Positions 13,201 through 25,323 of a stretch of DNA of 64,000 bases are shown piece by piece. The translations under genes were made by a program, and so were the position numbers. The stretch comes from Macrostomum lignano (lineage: Eukaryota). The stretch lies in NCBI GenBank assembly GCA_002269645.1, contig NIVC01003772.1, forward strand, positions 1-64,000, given 5' to 3'. Position 1 is the stretch's first letter, and each line of letters starts with the position of its first letter. The notes beneath the pieces were generated by a model. It was not told the origin of the DNA. It worked only from the letters and a program-made list of their open reading frames with translations, and ran no database searches.

Positions 13201-16200
13201 TGTGCAAAACTGGACCTTGAAATTTGACCTGAATGATCAGCAAATGTGTATCTCGAAATGATTTTTTTTGTTTTCATCAAGTCATTCTATGCTAATTTTT
13301 TCTGAAGGGAAAGATACCATATATTTAGAGTCAATAGGGGAAGCATTTAAACTTATTCAATAGTCATTAAAATTGCAACTATATTATTATAATATAGTAA
13401 TACTATTATACCTGTATTATATAGTAATATTAACTTCTAAGATGCCCTTATAAATTTAAGTAAAGACAACAGGCCTTAATTAATTAATCAGCATTTTGAA
13501 GAAACTGACCTTATACAGATGGGCCCCAAGCTAAGAAATGAATGTAGAGCTTATTTCGTGTAAGGTATAAAAATCAATTTATTATAATAATAAATACTCC
13601 TAATAAATTGGTTAAATTAGTTATTTACCTTGAATTAATTTAATTTAATAATTAAATATATAAATTTGTTTCACTTCTTACTGCATTTAAATAGAGTACC
13701 TCTCTACTATACTATAGAAGTATAGTAAAAGTACATGGTAAAAAAGTATAGTAAAAAAAATTCTTTGGTTTAATCCCAGCTTGCCTCAGTTTTTTAGTCT
13801 TAATACGAGCTAGATAGTAAGTGTTGATTAATTTGCTCCATCACCTTTTGCCACGGAAACAGCACATGTCGGACATGCAACACTCTTCCTGATCCCTGGA
13901 TCCAAGATGACTGCTTCTGCTTCTTCAATGCTTGAAAACTGAGCTCATGGAGCTTTAGGTTATGCTGTCAGAATGCTGCTGCCGGTGCTGTGTGTGTATG
14001 TGTGTGTCTTCTGTGGGTAGGTTCCCTGTCCCTCAGTTTAGCCACTGTTGTGGGCTAACTGGAGGAATTGCCGTTGTCGGTGCTGCAGGTGGCACTGCAT
14101 GGTAGTATTGACGCTGTCAGTGACGCTGGCAAAGGCTTGGACGAAGCTAGGTGCCGTCATTGTCAGAAGGACATGCGTGTGCTGCTTAGACCAGTGCGCA
14201 CATTCGACTGGACTCGTATCTGGTGCAGTCTGGTGTATTCACTGAGATTGTGTGGATCTGCCTCCTCGCATCACCTCAACCAGGCTCAATTTCTTTTGTA
14301 GAATTTTCGTGCGCTGCTTAACTGCATCTTGTGCCTGCTGAGTGATGCCAAGAATTGTGCCACACAATAATTTGGCCCATAAACTACTCGTATATTATAC
14401 ATATGTATGCACAGCACACACACACGCTGTTCATTCATATTAAATGTACTAGTTAATGGAATTCTCATCTCATGAGCTCTAGTCTATGGACAAACCTGAA
14501 ATTACTAGAATATCTAGATAGATCTAAACTTCTTTGAGCAGCGCGCTGCGCTGCGATCAAAATACATGTAGATTCTTTAGCGCAACTAATTAATAGTGTA
14601 GTACAGTCTACAGCCTGAAGTAGCCTGTGTAAGATGCGGAGGGATGATTTTTGCATAGGAAGCCACTACGGTAAGGTTGATGGAACTATGGGGAGGTGAG
14701 AGATTCAAAGCGAGGGACGGAAGCCATGCATAGTTCGATCATAAGTTTAATTTTTGCATGAGTCTGGGGATGCATTAACGAGAGGCGGACGAGAGCATAG
14801 AAATAAAGCGGGCTAAATATATTAATACACAAAATTACATGTGCTAGCTAGTAATTTCAGAATGGTCAGCGACTCCTCCGATTTGTATCCGCGACCGCGT
14901 GCCCACAAATCCCCCGGCAGACCCTGTCGCAGTTGGTGGTTGTGCACAGAATACAATGTTAATTTTCGAGCTTCTCTGCAAAAAATGCGTGATGCACTCA
15001 ATATGCGTGCTATAGTCTACTTCTTTGATTAGATGGCTGGGTTTTGCCTTTTCACTTGTGATCATCAAAAGCTTGGGCGTCATTGCTACTGGTGTTTCAG
15101 TGTGCGCATTATGTCTGGTTATCATATTATGTGCATGTGCAGTGTCTTTTACCTACATTTTTGTTTGTCTCTGTTTCCTGCATGCTCTTTCGCATTTTTA
15201 CACCTCGCACATCCTCATTTTTCTCAATTAACAAGTGAAATCTTTTCTTAAAGACTAATTGCTATTTTAGTTAAGCTAGTAGGTTTTTGGTAATTAAATA
15301 ATTCAATTTTGTCTATTTTCCAAAAAGTTTCAAAAAATGAATTAATTAAAATAAATTTGAATTATTTTAAGTTAATTGGAGTAAAATGTCTAATAAGTAA
15401 CTATAATTTTTTATTTTAAGTACATGTAGCTTTGGTATAAGTATTAATGTAATAAGTACTTAAAGTAAAATCAAGCAAGTTATAGTTTTCAGAAATTATG
15501 CTACAAATAATCAAATATATACTAGTATCCGAATTCCTTTATTAAGGAACATGCAGTCGATATTAAATTCACAATGTGCTTTTTGGTGTTCAAGGATAGT
15601 TCCCTGACTTTTTCTATTATTAGTTAGATTTTATTATATTTAATGTAAAAATGAAAACAATTCTATTAACCATAAAAATGAACATTCTTTATTTGTCGAA
15701 TCATCTTAACTTTGAAAAGATACATAGTGAAAACTTGATTTTTAATTCAACCTTTCAAGACTTATTTAGACTTCTTAATTCAGTGATTAGTTAAACTGAT
15801 CGAAGTCCTTTCGAGTGCATGCTATAATAATTTCGCACTTTTTCGCACACGATAATTTTAAATGTCTGGGATTTAGAGCAGAGTAACAAAATGCTGTGCT
15901 CAAAAACATTTCCTTTGTCAATTTCTTGTTCTTTTATTTTTGCAAAAGAAATTTAACTGCATATTTAAAATAAAAATAGAAGAAAATTTTATTTTCTCTT
16001 TAATATTTTTGTCGTTTATTTTCCGCAACAAAGAATAACAAATAGCCTTGATTTCTTGTCAATTTCAAGTTTTCTTGTGGTTTTAGTAGCAGCTTCTTAC
16101 AGAAATTGTCGAAAGAATTTTTTTTGTACGATTATTGGTCGATGTATAAACTTTTTTTGCAATAACAAAAAGTTGTGACCTAGCTTTGAGAACGACCCAG

Positions 16201-17767
16201 GAAATTCTGTCGTAGAGGACCGGCTCTCAGATGTGAGAAATTGACCGTTTTTGTAATGTAAACTAATGTATTGTATTGTGACTACACGAGACTGTGATGA
16301 ATGTAGGTGTCCAACTTGTTTCAATAATGGCTGTTTTTTACTGAATCAGTTTAGTTTGTTATTGAATACTGTACGTTTGATTATAATACAAAGATGAGCT
16401 AAATTTCTGAGTTAAATTTATATTAAATATTAATTGCCTCGTTCGTCTTTAAAGTTTTCAAAGCAATTTCATTTGAAGTAAAATCATTATATTTGTCAGG
16501 TTGGGGTTTACTCGAGCATATGTGGTCACGTTTTGCCGATTTGTCACTTGTAATTTGTCCGACAAGTGGTTTATGATTTGACTAATATCTGACGTGAGAG
16601 TTCGTGTGCTGACGGGCTGCTAGGTCAACTAGTGCGCGCAAGCAATTTGTAAATTTGTATTTTCCACAGACACTGATTGTGGTAGTAATTAACGTACTGA
16701 TGCTAAGCAGACAAGGTAACGAATCACAAATTTTTTAATGGCACGGCTTCGGAGGTGATGACCTTTAGTGAGAATACAATGTACTTGATTGGATGCGATG
16801 CGACTTTGGTTTTCGGTCGATCGATGTTATATAGTTATCAACTTGTTAGCTACATGTATATGGCTGTAGCATACGACCTCCAAAGACTACGAAGCCACAC
16901 AATTCAACCGTTTAAATATACCGACTTTCGGCGACATTAATACACTGAAACAAAGTATTGTTAGTCACCGCCAATAAATTTGACATTTATAAATATAAAT
17001 GATACGGTATAAATATATATTTGTTATAATTTTAATTAATTCATTAAATAATTATTAATTATTAATTTATTTAGGGATGAAATTATAATTAAAATTATAA
17101 CAAATAGATACATCATTTATATTTATAAATGTTATAAATGCCTTAGTTAATTATAATTATAATTTTGTTATAAATACAAATAACAAATATAATTAAGATG
17201 CACACTCAATATTTTAGTGAACAATGAAAGAACAATTGGAGAATTCAGATGAAACGTCAACGTCACAATGAAATGGGAACCATGGGAACCTACTGATATG
17301 GACAAATTCCTATCAGGTAGCTACTTCATAAATCATTTTTAGAGTTTATCCTGAACGTGTAAAAAAAACAGTCGTGACAATCAGAAGTTTTTCTCGGGGA
17401 GTAAATTAAAAATCCGCCTCAGTTGACAAAGCACTTGACCCTACAACACTACGAGCTATCTACGAGAATCTAGTTTACCAGACGAAAAAGATTGAGCTGT
17501 AGTAGTGGTCTCTCTTCGAAAATGCTGTCTTTGCGAAAAGAAATTGTATAAATAGCTGAGCATGATTTTCATCAATGCAACTTTTTGAGAAGCCAATTCA
17601 AACAGGCAAATCTGGGCCCTTCTTCCGACAGAACATTTTTGAGTAAGTTCCCCGCGCTCTTTAATTATACATTCAAAACTTCTTTGCTTGGCTGTAAGGT
17701 AGGTTTTAGTTTCGATAACTACCCCCTCGTTGCTCCAAACTGTCAGATTTAGTAAAGAAGCTTGCGA

Positions 17768-17940
17768 GGTGGCGCCAGCTACACAGGGGCGCCAGCTACG
17801 ATGGGACGCCAGCTACAGAAGGGGGCGCCAGTAAAAGAGGGGCGCCAGCTACAGAGGGGGCGCCAGCTACAAGGGGACGCCAGCTACAGAGGGCGCCAGC
17901 TACAGAGGGCGCCAGCTAAATAGAGGGGTGCCATCGATAG
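17768..17940. repeat. Short array of the 18-20-bp GGGCGCCAGCTACAGAG minisatellite
   Basis: About 9 units; reverse complement of the 42.1-43.2 kb array. Confidence 0.9.
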
Positions 17941-18104
17941 AGTCGTAGGCTACAGCAAGGTTCCTTTGACTTCTGCTGGAAGCTGGCTGCAACGATATTC
18001 TAATTTTTAATTTTATCCTCCCATACTTCTCGATTTTAATAAAACTTAAAACAATTTCACTGAAAAAAATCACTGCAATTACACAACCCAGGAAAATCGT
18101 GGCA

Positions 18105-20608
18105 ATGTCGCCAGCACTGCTACTCTGTCTGCTGCTTGTTCACGCTTCGCTGCACAGCGAAATCGAGGCTGGACGAAACAAATTACTTGGCTTTCAAATG
18201 ATCTCCGACTATCGCAACAATGAGCTGCTGGTTCCGATTATTCAAGACGTCGATTCTGGCGATTTCAACGAGACTAACGCAACGTCTGGCCGGAGTTCTT
18301 CCACGGCGGGGTGGCTTCCAGCTGCGATGTTTGTCGTTCGCAGTCGCTCGTGCCCCTACATAGTTTGCAAAGTGGCTTCACTGCAGCCGAACGCGTCGTC
18401 AGCATTCGAATACAGTTTGGTTCGGCGGAACCTAACATTGACTAAGACTAGCATCTTCCAGCTGGCTTTTAGGCCACGGCCAGGCGTAAAGTTACAAGCG
18501 GAGCCATTTGACGAAAGTATCGGCGTTAAATGCTCGAATTATGGCGATGAAAGTACTCTGTATTCAGAATACACAGTTATGGCACGAGCTAAAGAACACT
18601 TAGTGAAAAATTTAGTGATGTGTCGCATGGCGCTTAGCATGAATCTGCTAGAAATGAGAAGGCCCTGGGGCATCCGGCAAACATAAGCATTGGCACAATC
18701 TGCGACCAGATTAGACTTTTTCAGAATCCGCTGAAAAACGGCAACGATAACTCCAGCGTGTCAGGCTGCCTTACTCTTCTGTTGCTGAACCTCAACTACA
18801 TGCTACCATTGGCAAAGAAGAATCCTTCCGGTTGCAACAAAAAGCAGATGCAACTGTTGGATTGTTCGTGGGACATCTTTAGCAAGATGCTTGGCGCTAT
18901 TGTTCAACTGCACGATCCCCGGAGTCCCACCTGGGCTACGCTGTACCGCGAGGCAGCGGAAGAATTCGTGGCAATAATTGAACAGTCCGACGCCCAGATT
19001 TCGTTCGCCAACGCCAGCGTGTCATTTTCGGTTTTCGACACGACCAACCTGACTGCAGGTGAGAATGCTGAACTCTCCGATGGGGCTTCGACACTGTCTC
19101 CTGTCTATCAGGAGATTCGAGTCCGGGCTAGCCAGGATGGCACCATTCACGAAGTTATTCCGAGTACTTTTCCAGTAGACGAGAGACCGGTTCAATCTCT
19201 GCCACAGGACTACATTGTACTGCAGCTGCCCGTTCGTATGACAAGCTCGGGGAGATGGTCGATGGTGGCTCTGTTTGACGATCAGCTATACGCCAGGGAA
19301 TTTTATGACGATAACGAAGCTAATCCCAAAGATGGAAGCATCCGAACCCGCTATTACAGTAGCTACGGCACTCCAAAGGCTCACATCGGCTCATTCACAG
19401 TCGATCTTAAGACAGAACTTGTGTCCCCGATACTGAGAGATCCCGTCCACATCACTTTTCGAAAGAAGCCAGAGTGCAAAGGCCTACATGAAAACTCTCG
19501 TCCAGTTTGCGTCTACTGGAACGTCAGCACTGAGCATTGGTCTTCTGATGGTTGCTGGAAGAACAATGAGACAGCTGCTAGTGTCACTTGCTCCTGCAAC
19601 CACCTGACCGCGTTCTCCGTCTTGTTCGTACCGATGGAACAGGCAGCCGATCCTCAGGTAAACCTGCACCGACGCATCATGTCAATTCTCACCTATGTGA
19701 CTTCCAGCTTGTCAATTGGCTGCTTGATCTTCATGATCGCCTCCTATATTCTCTTTCTGACTGCTCAGCGGCGCACTCCGCATTGTCAGCAGTCTCGCGA
19801 CCTCACCAGCAGTCGCGTTACCCTCCTGCTAATTGTGCTGATCACCTGTCAGTTCCTATTGTTCTACACAAATAGTCTAGCTGTTGATAAGCCTCACTGG
19901 CTCTGCCAGACGGTTGCCTCAGCGCTGCACTTTACTCTGCTAGCAATTAGTTTGTGCAGCAACGCGCTCAGCACGCACATCTTCCTGACCGTCGCCGTGC
20001 CAATCTTGTGGCCCAATGTGTTCCAGTGCCGGGTTCAGCGGCACTATTTCAAGGCTACGTTATTGGTAACTATAACCTTGGCCGGAATGGCAGTGGGTCT
20101 TACCTTCGGGACAGTGGTCTCTCAGGGCTACTGGCCCTATCAAAACTATACTGAGGCTCACACTGGTACAGCTCAACGCTACTCACTCTGCTGGTTGGTC
20201 AAGGACCTTCTCATACCGGCTTTTCTATTGCCATTTGGCGCTTCTTTAGCCTATAACTTTCTACTAACAGTAGTCAGCTTGACATCGGTGTTCTTCAGAC
20301 GCAGCGTCAGCAATGCCAAAGCCAAGAGTACCCTGGCTAGAAGGCTGCACCAGGTACTTGGACTGACGTTTCTACTTGGCCTGACCTGGATCGTTGGTAT
20401 TTTTGTCTTTCTAGTCAACGCAGAGACTAACATCAGCTTGCGCCTAGTCATGGAGTACATATTCGTCATTGGAAATGGCAGCCAAGGATTCTGCATCTTT
20501 CTGTTCTTCTTTCTGGGTAAGAAGGAACTGGTGCGAGTCTGGCGACAGGCCTGCTGTTGCTGGCCTAAGGTACTGGTCTACAAGTCGAGTCACTCAACCT
20601 ACGCGTGA
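18105..20608 (+). CDS. Adhesion GPCR (signal peptide, GAIN/GPS, 7TM family B2), apparently intronless, with one frameshift at 18638-18683
   Basis: MSPALLLCLLLVHA signal peptide. GPS motif CVYWN...WSSDGC...CSCNHL/TAFSVL. Seven hydrophobic helices, with LLGLTW and NGSQGFCIFLFF. The downstream frame is open from 18638 and overlaps the upstream ORF, which ends at 18686. Confidence 0.88.
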
Positions 20609-20619
20609 GCATCTCTCGG

Positions 20620-20968
20620 GATCGACTCTACGTGTCTCTGGATCGACTCTACTCATGTCCCTGGATCAACTCTACTCATGTCTCTGGGTCGACTTTACTC
20701 ATATCTCTTTACTTTACTCGACTCTACTCATGTCTCATAAATCGACTCTACTCATGTCCCATAAATCGACTCTACTCATGTCTAATAAAAATTGGCTCTA
20801 CTCATGTCCCTGGATCGACTCTACTCATGTCCCTGGATCGACTCTACTCATGTCTCATAAATCGACTCTACTCATGTCTCTGGATCGACTCTACTCATGT
20901 CTCTGGATCGACGCTACTCATGTCTCATAAATCGACTCTACTCATATCTCCGGATTGAATCTACTCGT
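20620..20968. repeat. 23-bp minisatellite GATCGACTCTACTCATGTCTCTG in the GPCR 3' flank
   Basis: About 15 units, starting ~12 nt after the stop codon. Confidence 0.92.
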
Positions 20969-21228
20969 GACATTCGTGTCCACTGAGCTGATATAGATGC
21001 AGTCCTGCAAATATGAAGCATCCTGCAAAAAAACTATTTAAAAGTTTTGAAAGACGTGCAAAAGTTGACGACTTTTTATTACCAAATTTGTTTGTAATTT
21101 TAATAACCAGGCACGAATACCGCGAACTGTGTCGTTAACAAAACAAAAAATAACCTTAAATGAACTTTGGAGTTAGTTGTCAAACAAATAAAGGTATTTG
21201 CTGTATGTTGTTAATTTATGCCATATAA

Positions 21229-21950
21229 AGAAAGTCCGAGGATGCATTTTTCTGGCCTAGGCGAAGCCGAATAAATCTATTGTCCAATTCAAAAGACGTT
21301 TATTTGTCCCGGCCAAATAAACGTTCCAAATAAATAAGACAAACTAATGAGCCACACGAAAGTACTCAAACAAATACATGTACAAGCAACAGATTATAAT
21401 GTTTTAGAAAAGCCAGCAGTTGTTAACCCGTTTTTTGGCTTGACAGTTAAAATTGAATCAACGGGTCGTAACAGATCAACTCAATCAAAGTAGACAATCA
21501 GCCCGCACAACTCCACATTGACCATTGGTTGAACAAGTACATGTAGTATTGCAGCATTCTGAAAAAAATCCTTCAACGTAGAAGCGCCATAGCGATAACA
21601 ATAGTTAATTTCGAATCTCTAAGATAAAACACTTAAGAACGTAGCTTGTAGTTGAGATCGAGCTTGCTCAAACTCGGATAATCGGTTGCACTTGCCAATG
21701 GCAAGTCACTCTTAAGACAGCTTCGACTTCAGCAAGACTAAGTGATTCAAAGCTGACGCTATCAAATCAACATTTCTCTATGGTTAAAATTTACTATGTA
21801 AATATGGCCAAACGGGGTATAAATATATTATTTCCGTTTATTTTTGTCTATGGTCTGAAGCACTAATAGTCTATGGTCGCATCCAGGCCTCGGCTTCGTC
21901 TCGGCCAAGCCGAAAGACGCATCAACATCCAGTACAGTTAGTCTATGGCA
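21229..21950. mobile_element. Fragments of a palindromic repeat family (AGAAAGTCCGAGG / GGCGAAGCCGA / GTCTATGG motifs), possibly Crypton-associated
   Basis: 13-bp identity AGAAAGTCCGAGG at 21229 and 54879. GGCCTAGGCGAAGCCGA at ~21257 and GGCCTCGGCTTCGTCTCGGCC at ~21888. GTCTATGG occurs three times. Confidence 0.4.
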
Positions 21951-22350
21951 CAAGCTATTTGACTGAGTGGATAGTGTTGTGAATCTAGCAGCATTCTATC
22001 CAATATTTTTCGTCTCCTACATACATAATAGTAACATTTTACTATGCAAGACAAACGACTCTTAGATCTAGGTTTACCCCCGATTCGCCGATTCCCGATT
22101 CGCCGAATTCCCGATTCGCCGAATTCTTGACTCGCCGATTCTTGCTTCGCCGAAATTCCTGATTTGCCGAATTCCTGACTCGCCGATTCCTGCTTCGCCG
22201 AAATTCCTGATTTGCCGAATTCCTGACTCGCCGAACCTTCCAGTTTCTAACTGTACGACGCCACAGGTGGAAGTGGATGCATGCCAGGTGGGCCGGGTTG
22301 TGATTGGCCAGCTCTGGAGGCTCTCCTGCCTAGCCCTGTCCGCACGCTCG

Positions 22351-22398
22351 TATATAAGGGCCAGATTTCCAGTTGAGGCAGTCACACTTTTATAAATA
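22351..22398 (+). promoter_or_regulatory. Candidate TATA boxes for the MULE ORF
   Basis: TATATAA at 22351 and TATAAATA at 22391, 90 and 50 nt upstream of the ATG at 22441. Confidence 0.3.
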
Positions 22399-22440
22399 CA
22401 ACTCAACACGTGAGCCAGTGACCTCAAGACAACATAAGTT

Positions 22441-22944
22441 ATGGCTCAGGCCGGACCCGCACCCGAAAGGGCCGAATTCGTAGTGAGCGAACGAGGAGGC
22501 CAGCTTCTGCTCCGCGATGGCTACCTGTATCGCGTGGACAAAAAGAGTCTGGTGGCTTCCTACTACAAGTGCCGAGAGGAACGCTGCAATTCTCGGGTCA
22601 AAGTTCAAGACGGGTTTGTGACGTCGACGTCTGGAAGTCACGAACACCCGCCGCCATCGGCCGCCGCTCTCAAGCGCAAAGCTTTTGCCGAGACAATGAA
22701 GGCGCAGGCACAAGAATCTGCCCTTCCAATTGCACGGATCTACCGAGACCAGGTGGCGACAAATGCTGCCGAGGGTGCAGATCTCGCCACGGTGCCCACG
22801 TTCTCCAGCGTCAAGACGGCCGCATACCACGCTCGACTCGCGGTCGTTCCACCGTTGCCTCCGACAGCTCAGCACTACGAGGTCGAGGCGGAGGTGTTCA
22901 ACACTGCCACCGTTTTGGACTCGCCTGTGTGTGTGCGTGTGTGA
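22441..22944 (+). CDS. FLYWCH zinc-finger protein, N-terminal part of a MULE transposase with no DDE domain (167 aa)
   Basis: SERGGQLLLRDGYLY...YYKC-X4-C-X17-HEH, followed by IYRDQV...PTFSSVKTAAYHAR..VPPLP, the linker typical of FLYWCH-MULE transposases. Confidence 0.82.
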   Translation: MAQAGPAPERAEFVVSERGGQLLLRDGYLYRVDKKSLVASYYKCREERCNSRVKVQDGFVTSTSGSHEHPPPSAAALKRKAFAETMKAQAQESALPIARIYRDQVATNAAEGADLATVPTFSSVKTAAYHARLAVVPPLPPTAQHYEVEAEVFNTATVLDSPVCVRV

Positions 22945-23220
22945 GTGGACGGTCAATGGGGTAATCGGCGAATCAGGAATTCGGCAAATCAGGAATTTCG
23001 GCGAAGCAGGAATCGGCGAGTCAGGAATTCGGCAAATCAGGAATTCCGCGAGTCAGGAATTCGGCGAGTCAGGAATTCGGCGAATCAGGAATTCCGCGAG
23101 TCAGGAATTCCGCGAGTCAGGAATTCGGCGAATCGGGAATTCGGCGAATCGGGGGTAAACCTTGGATCTAGTGTTGAGATATTTTGAAAGTAAAGAATCC
23201 GCTGCAACCAATCCTGCTGC

Positions 23221-23615
23221 TGGTAGTCACCCGTCGGCCGGTACGGCTGGGACGGTATTGTTCGTGACTTAACTGCTCCCCTAACTGGAGTGACTAAAAG
23301 GTACACTAATCAGTCTCTATGCAAGACTTGCGCAAGTACTCTACACGTGCTGGCTTCGCTAGAGAGGACATCGCTCGTGTTACAGGACACTCTTCGACAG
23401 CTATTGAGCGCTATAGTCAGTTTGACGGTACAAGATCATGTTAAATTATCGCATGCTCTTCTGGTGGTCAGTCATTAAATCCGTCTATTGAAGCAGAGCC
23501 TGAACGTTCTGTTGAAGCTGTGGAACAAAGCCACGTAGTGAGTGCTAATCTTGCAAAGAAAATGAGGCTTAACATCAATGGGAACACCAACACTGTTGAA
23601 ATCGTTTTTGAGTGA
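23221..23615 (+). pseudogene. Crypton-type tyrosine recombinase C-terminal catalytic region, decayed
   Basis: With three frameshifts the region reads W*SPVG...YTNQSLCKTCASTLH-AGFAREDIARVTGHSSTAIERYSQ-LTVQDHVKLSHAL-...AKKMRLNINGNTNTVEIVFE*. This fits the YR pattern WY..PVG / TNHSLR / TGH / Y, with the HxxR motif mutated to QxxC. Confidence 0.78.
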
Positions 23616-23708
23616 GTGCTTACAAGACGCTTCTATTTCTTACTATGTTAAACTTTATGATGTTATAGTTTTGTTAGTTTAAATTTGTTAAATACAACTG
23701 TAGCAGGA

Positions 23709-23758
23709 CTGAGAACTATTTCTCAGGCCTCGTTTGGGGACTGAGAAACGGTTCTCAG
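23709..23758. other. Pair of 7-4-7 palindromes CTGAGAA-N4-TTCTCAG in direct repeat
   Basis: Copies at 23709-23726 and 23741-23758, both preceded by GGA, 14 bp apart and ~95 bp after the YR stop codon. Confidence 0.7.
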
Positions 23759-24074
23759 TTCTCCCTACAACCGATAAATTACCATAAGTTGTTGTTCATC
23801 GGGAAAAGGATGAGACGGGGAAAGAGGCGAGAAATGCACTTTCTGTAGGTTAATACTGTATATCAGCTATTTCCTTCATAATATCGAATGCTTGATTCGC
23901 ATGTTTATTTTATTTATCGCATGCGTGGCAACTAGTGGAATAAATTTTAGAAAATGCAAATAAACGGCGAAAAAATTAGGTCTAATACGAGCTACATAAC
24001 TGAAAATTTATTGCTTTTGTAAGCCGGAATTTGATAGTTAAGTCAACCAAGTTGAGAATTCTAATTTGGCAATC

Positions 24075-24237
24075 GTAGATTTGGTCTTGCCCATAGACAT
24101 AGCCCATAGCCCATAGCATGATTTCAATGAGAAGTATTGTTGCTAGCGTCCTTATCTGTGCTGATGTCTATGGCCGAATTATCAACTGGCTTGCCTTTCG
24201 CGTCGATGTCTATGTCTATGGGCAAGACCGAATCTAC
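24075..24237. mobile_element. 163-bp inverted-repeat element (28-bp arms, 27/28 match)
   Basis: GTAGATTTGGTCTTGCCCATAGACATAG pairs with CTATGTCTATGGGCAAGACCGAATCTAC. No TSD seen. Shares the CCATAGAC motif with the 21.8 and 54.9 kb elements. Confidence 0.6.
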
Positions 24238-24654
24238 TGGTGCCAGAAACTTGGTTGCTTTAGCAATCAACTTGGCTGACAGAGCAATGCATGAATGGAT
24301 TAATACCAGGCATACCGTAGATAATAAAAACACTGTGATCTGTGATATCAGCTAACATCGAAGCAGGCATCATGAACATTTAATATATGTGCGGATAGCT
24401 AGGTCGAGTTCTTCGTGGCTTGAATGGACTGGCGTCGGGTTGCTCAGTCATCGTGATGATGCTCCTTGCCGGAAACTTCTGCGAATGGAGATTTGAATTC
24501 TAGTTTATATGACTCAGTTTGCTTGGTTTTATTCATGGTTGCATAGTTTTTAGAATGCGAATTTTTTAATAAATACACAACTATGAAAATAGATGTCTGT
24601 CCGTTTGTCTTGCTTTTCAAGTACTGATGAATGAAATGTCAAAGTGTTGTGAAT

Positions 24655-24905
24655 GCGATGTCAGAGAGGCTTCGGAGTGATTTCAGAATGCTTACAGAGT
24701 GATGTGATAGTGAATTTGCAGTGATGTCAGAGTGACTCAAGAATGACTTTGAGTGACTTTTGAGCGATGTTAGGACGACTTTAAAAGTGTTGTCAGAGTC
24801 ACTTTGCTGTGACGTCAGAGTGATGTTTTAGAGTTACTTTAGAGTGACTTAAGGATGACTTCAGAGTGGTGTTAAAGTGACTTTAGGGTGACTTCAGAGT
24901 GATTT
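24655..24905. repeat. Degenerate ~11-bp tandem repeat (CAGAGTGACTT-like)
   Basis: Recurrent GTGA(C/T)..CAGA units. Confidence 0.55.
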
Positions 24906-25323
24906 CATCCTGATTCAGAGCAACAGTATTAACATCGGATCGCATGCTTTGCAACAGGCAAGCTCAGGCAAAAAATTGTCAAGACTGAGGACCAGAAACC
25001 GACCTGTTGTAAAATTTGATGCTCAGAAAGTATTATAAGCATTAATCAAAGCGGCATCCTTATTGCACCAAATGCATTTCCTAGCCAGCTTGCAAGCAAC
25101 AGGTAACAAACAAACATTGGTTACATACGTGAGCTGCGGTGGTTGTTCCAGCAAAATCAGTGCACTTAAATTTGTTAATTATTGCAATGTTTATAATTAA
25201 GCGCTATGGTTTTTAAGCTATTATTAATTTATTACTTTAGTTAGCTAAGTCAGGTTAGACATCATGCTGTAATGCAGTGTTAAAAAGCAATTTATATTTT
25301 TGCAGAATTGAAGACGGATGGAG

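Larger units (their letters stand above)
22071..23161 (+). mobile_element. Non-autonomous Mutator-like (MULE/Foldback-type) element, 1091 bp
   Basis: TIRs GGTTTACCCCCGATTCGCCGA... / ...TCGGCGAATCGGGGGTAAACC are built of 15-16-bp subrepeats (~160 and ~200 bp). 9-bp TSD TTAGATCTA/TTGGATCTA (8/9). Internal FLYWCH ORF. Confidence 0.9.

Noticed and set aside
13860-15251. Short ORFs and GC-richer patches at 13.9-15.3 kb
   Set aside because: No recognisable motif or consistent splice model was found; possibly a TE remnant, but unsupported.
21540-21766. Minus-strand peptide (FESLSLAEVEAVL...LKCFILEIRN*LLLSLWRF) as a Crypton N-terminus
   Set aside because: The resemblance is faint, there are two stops, and the orientation is opposite to the catalytic fragment; not supportable without a profile search.
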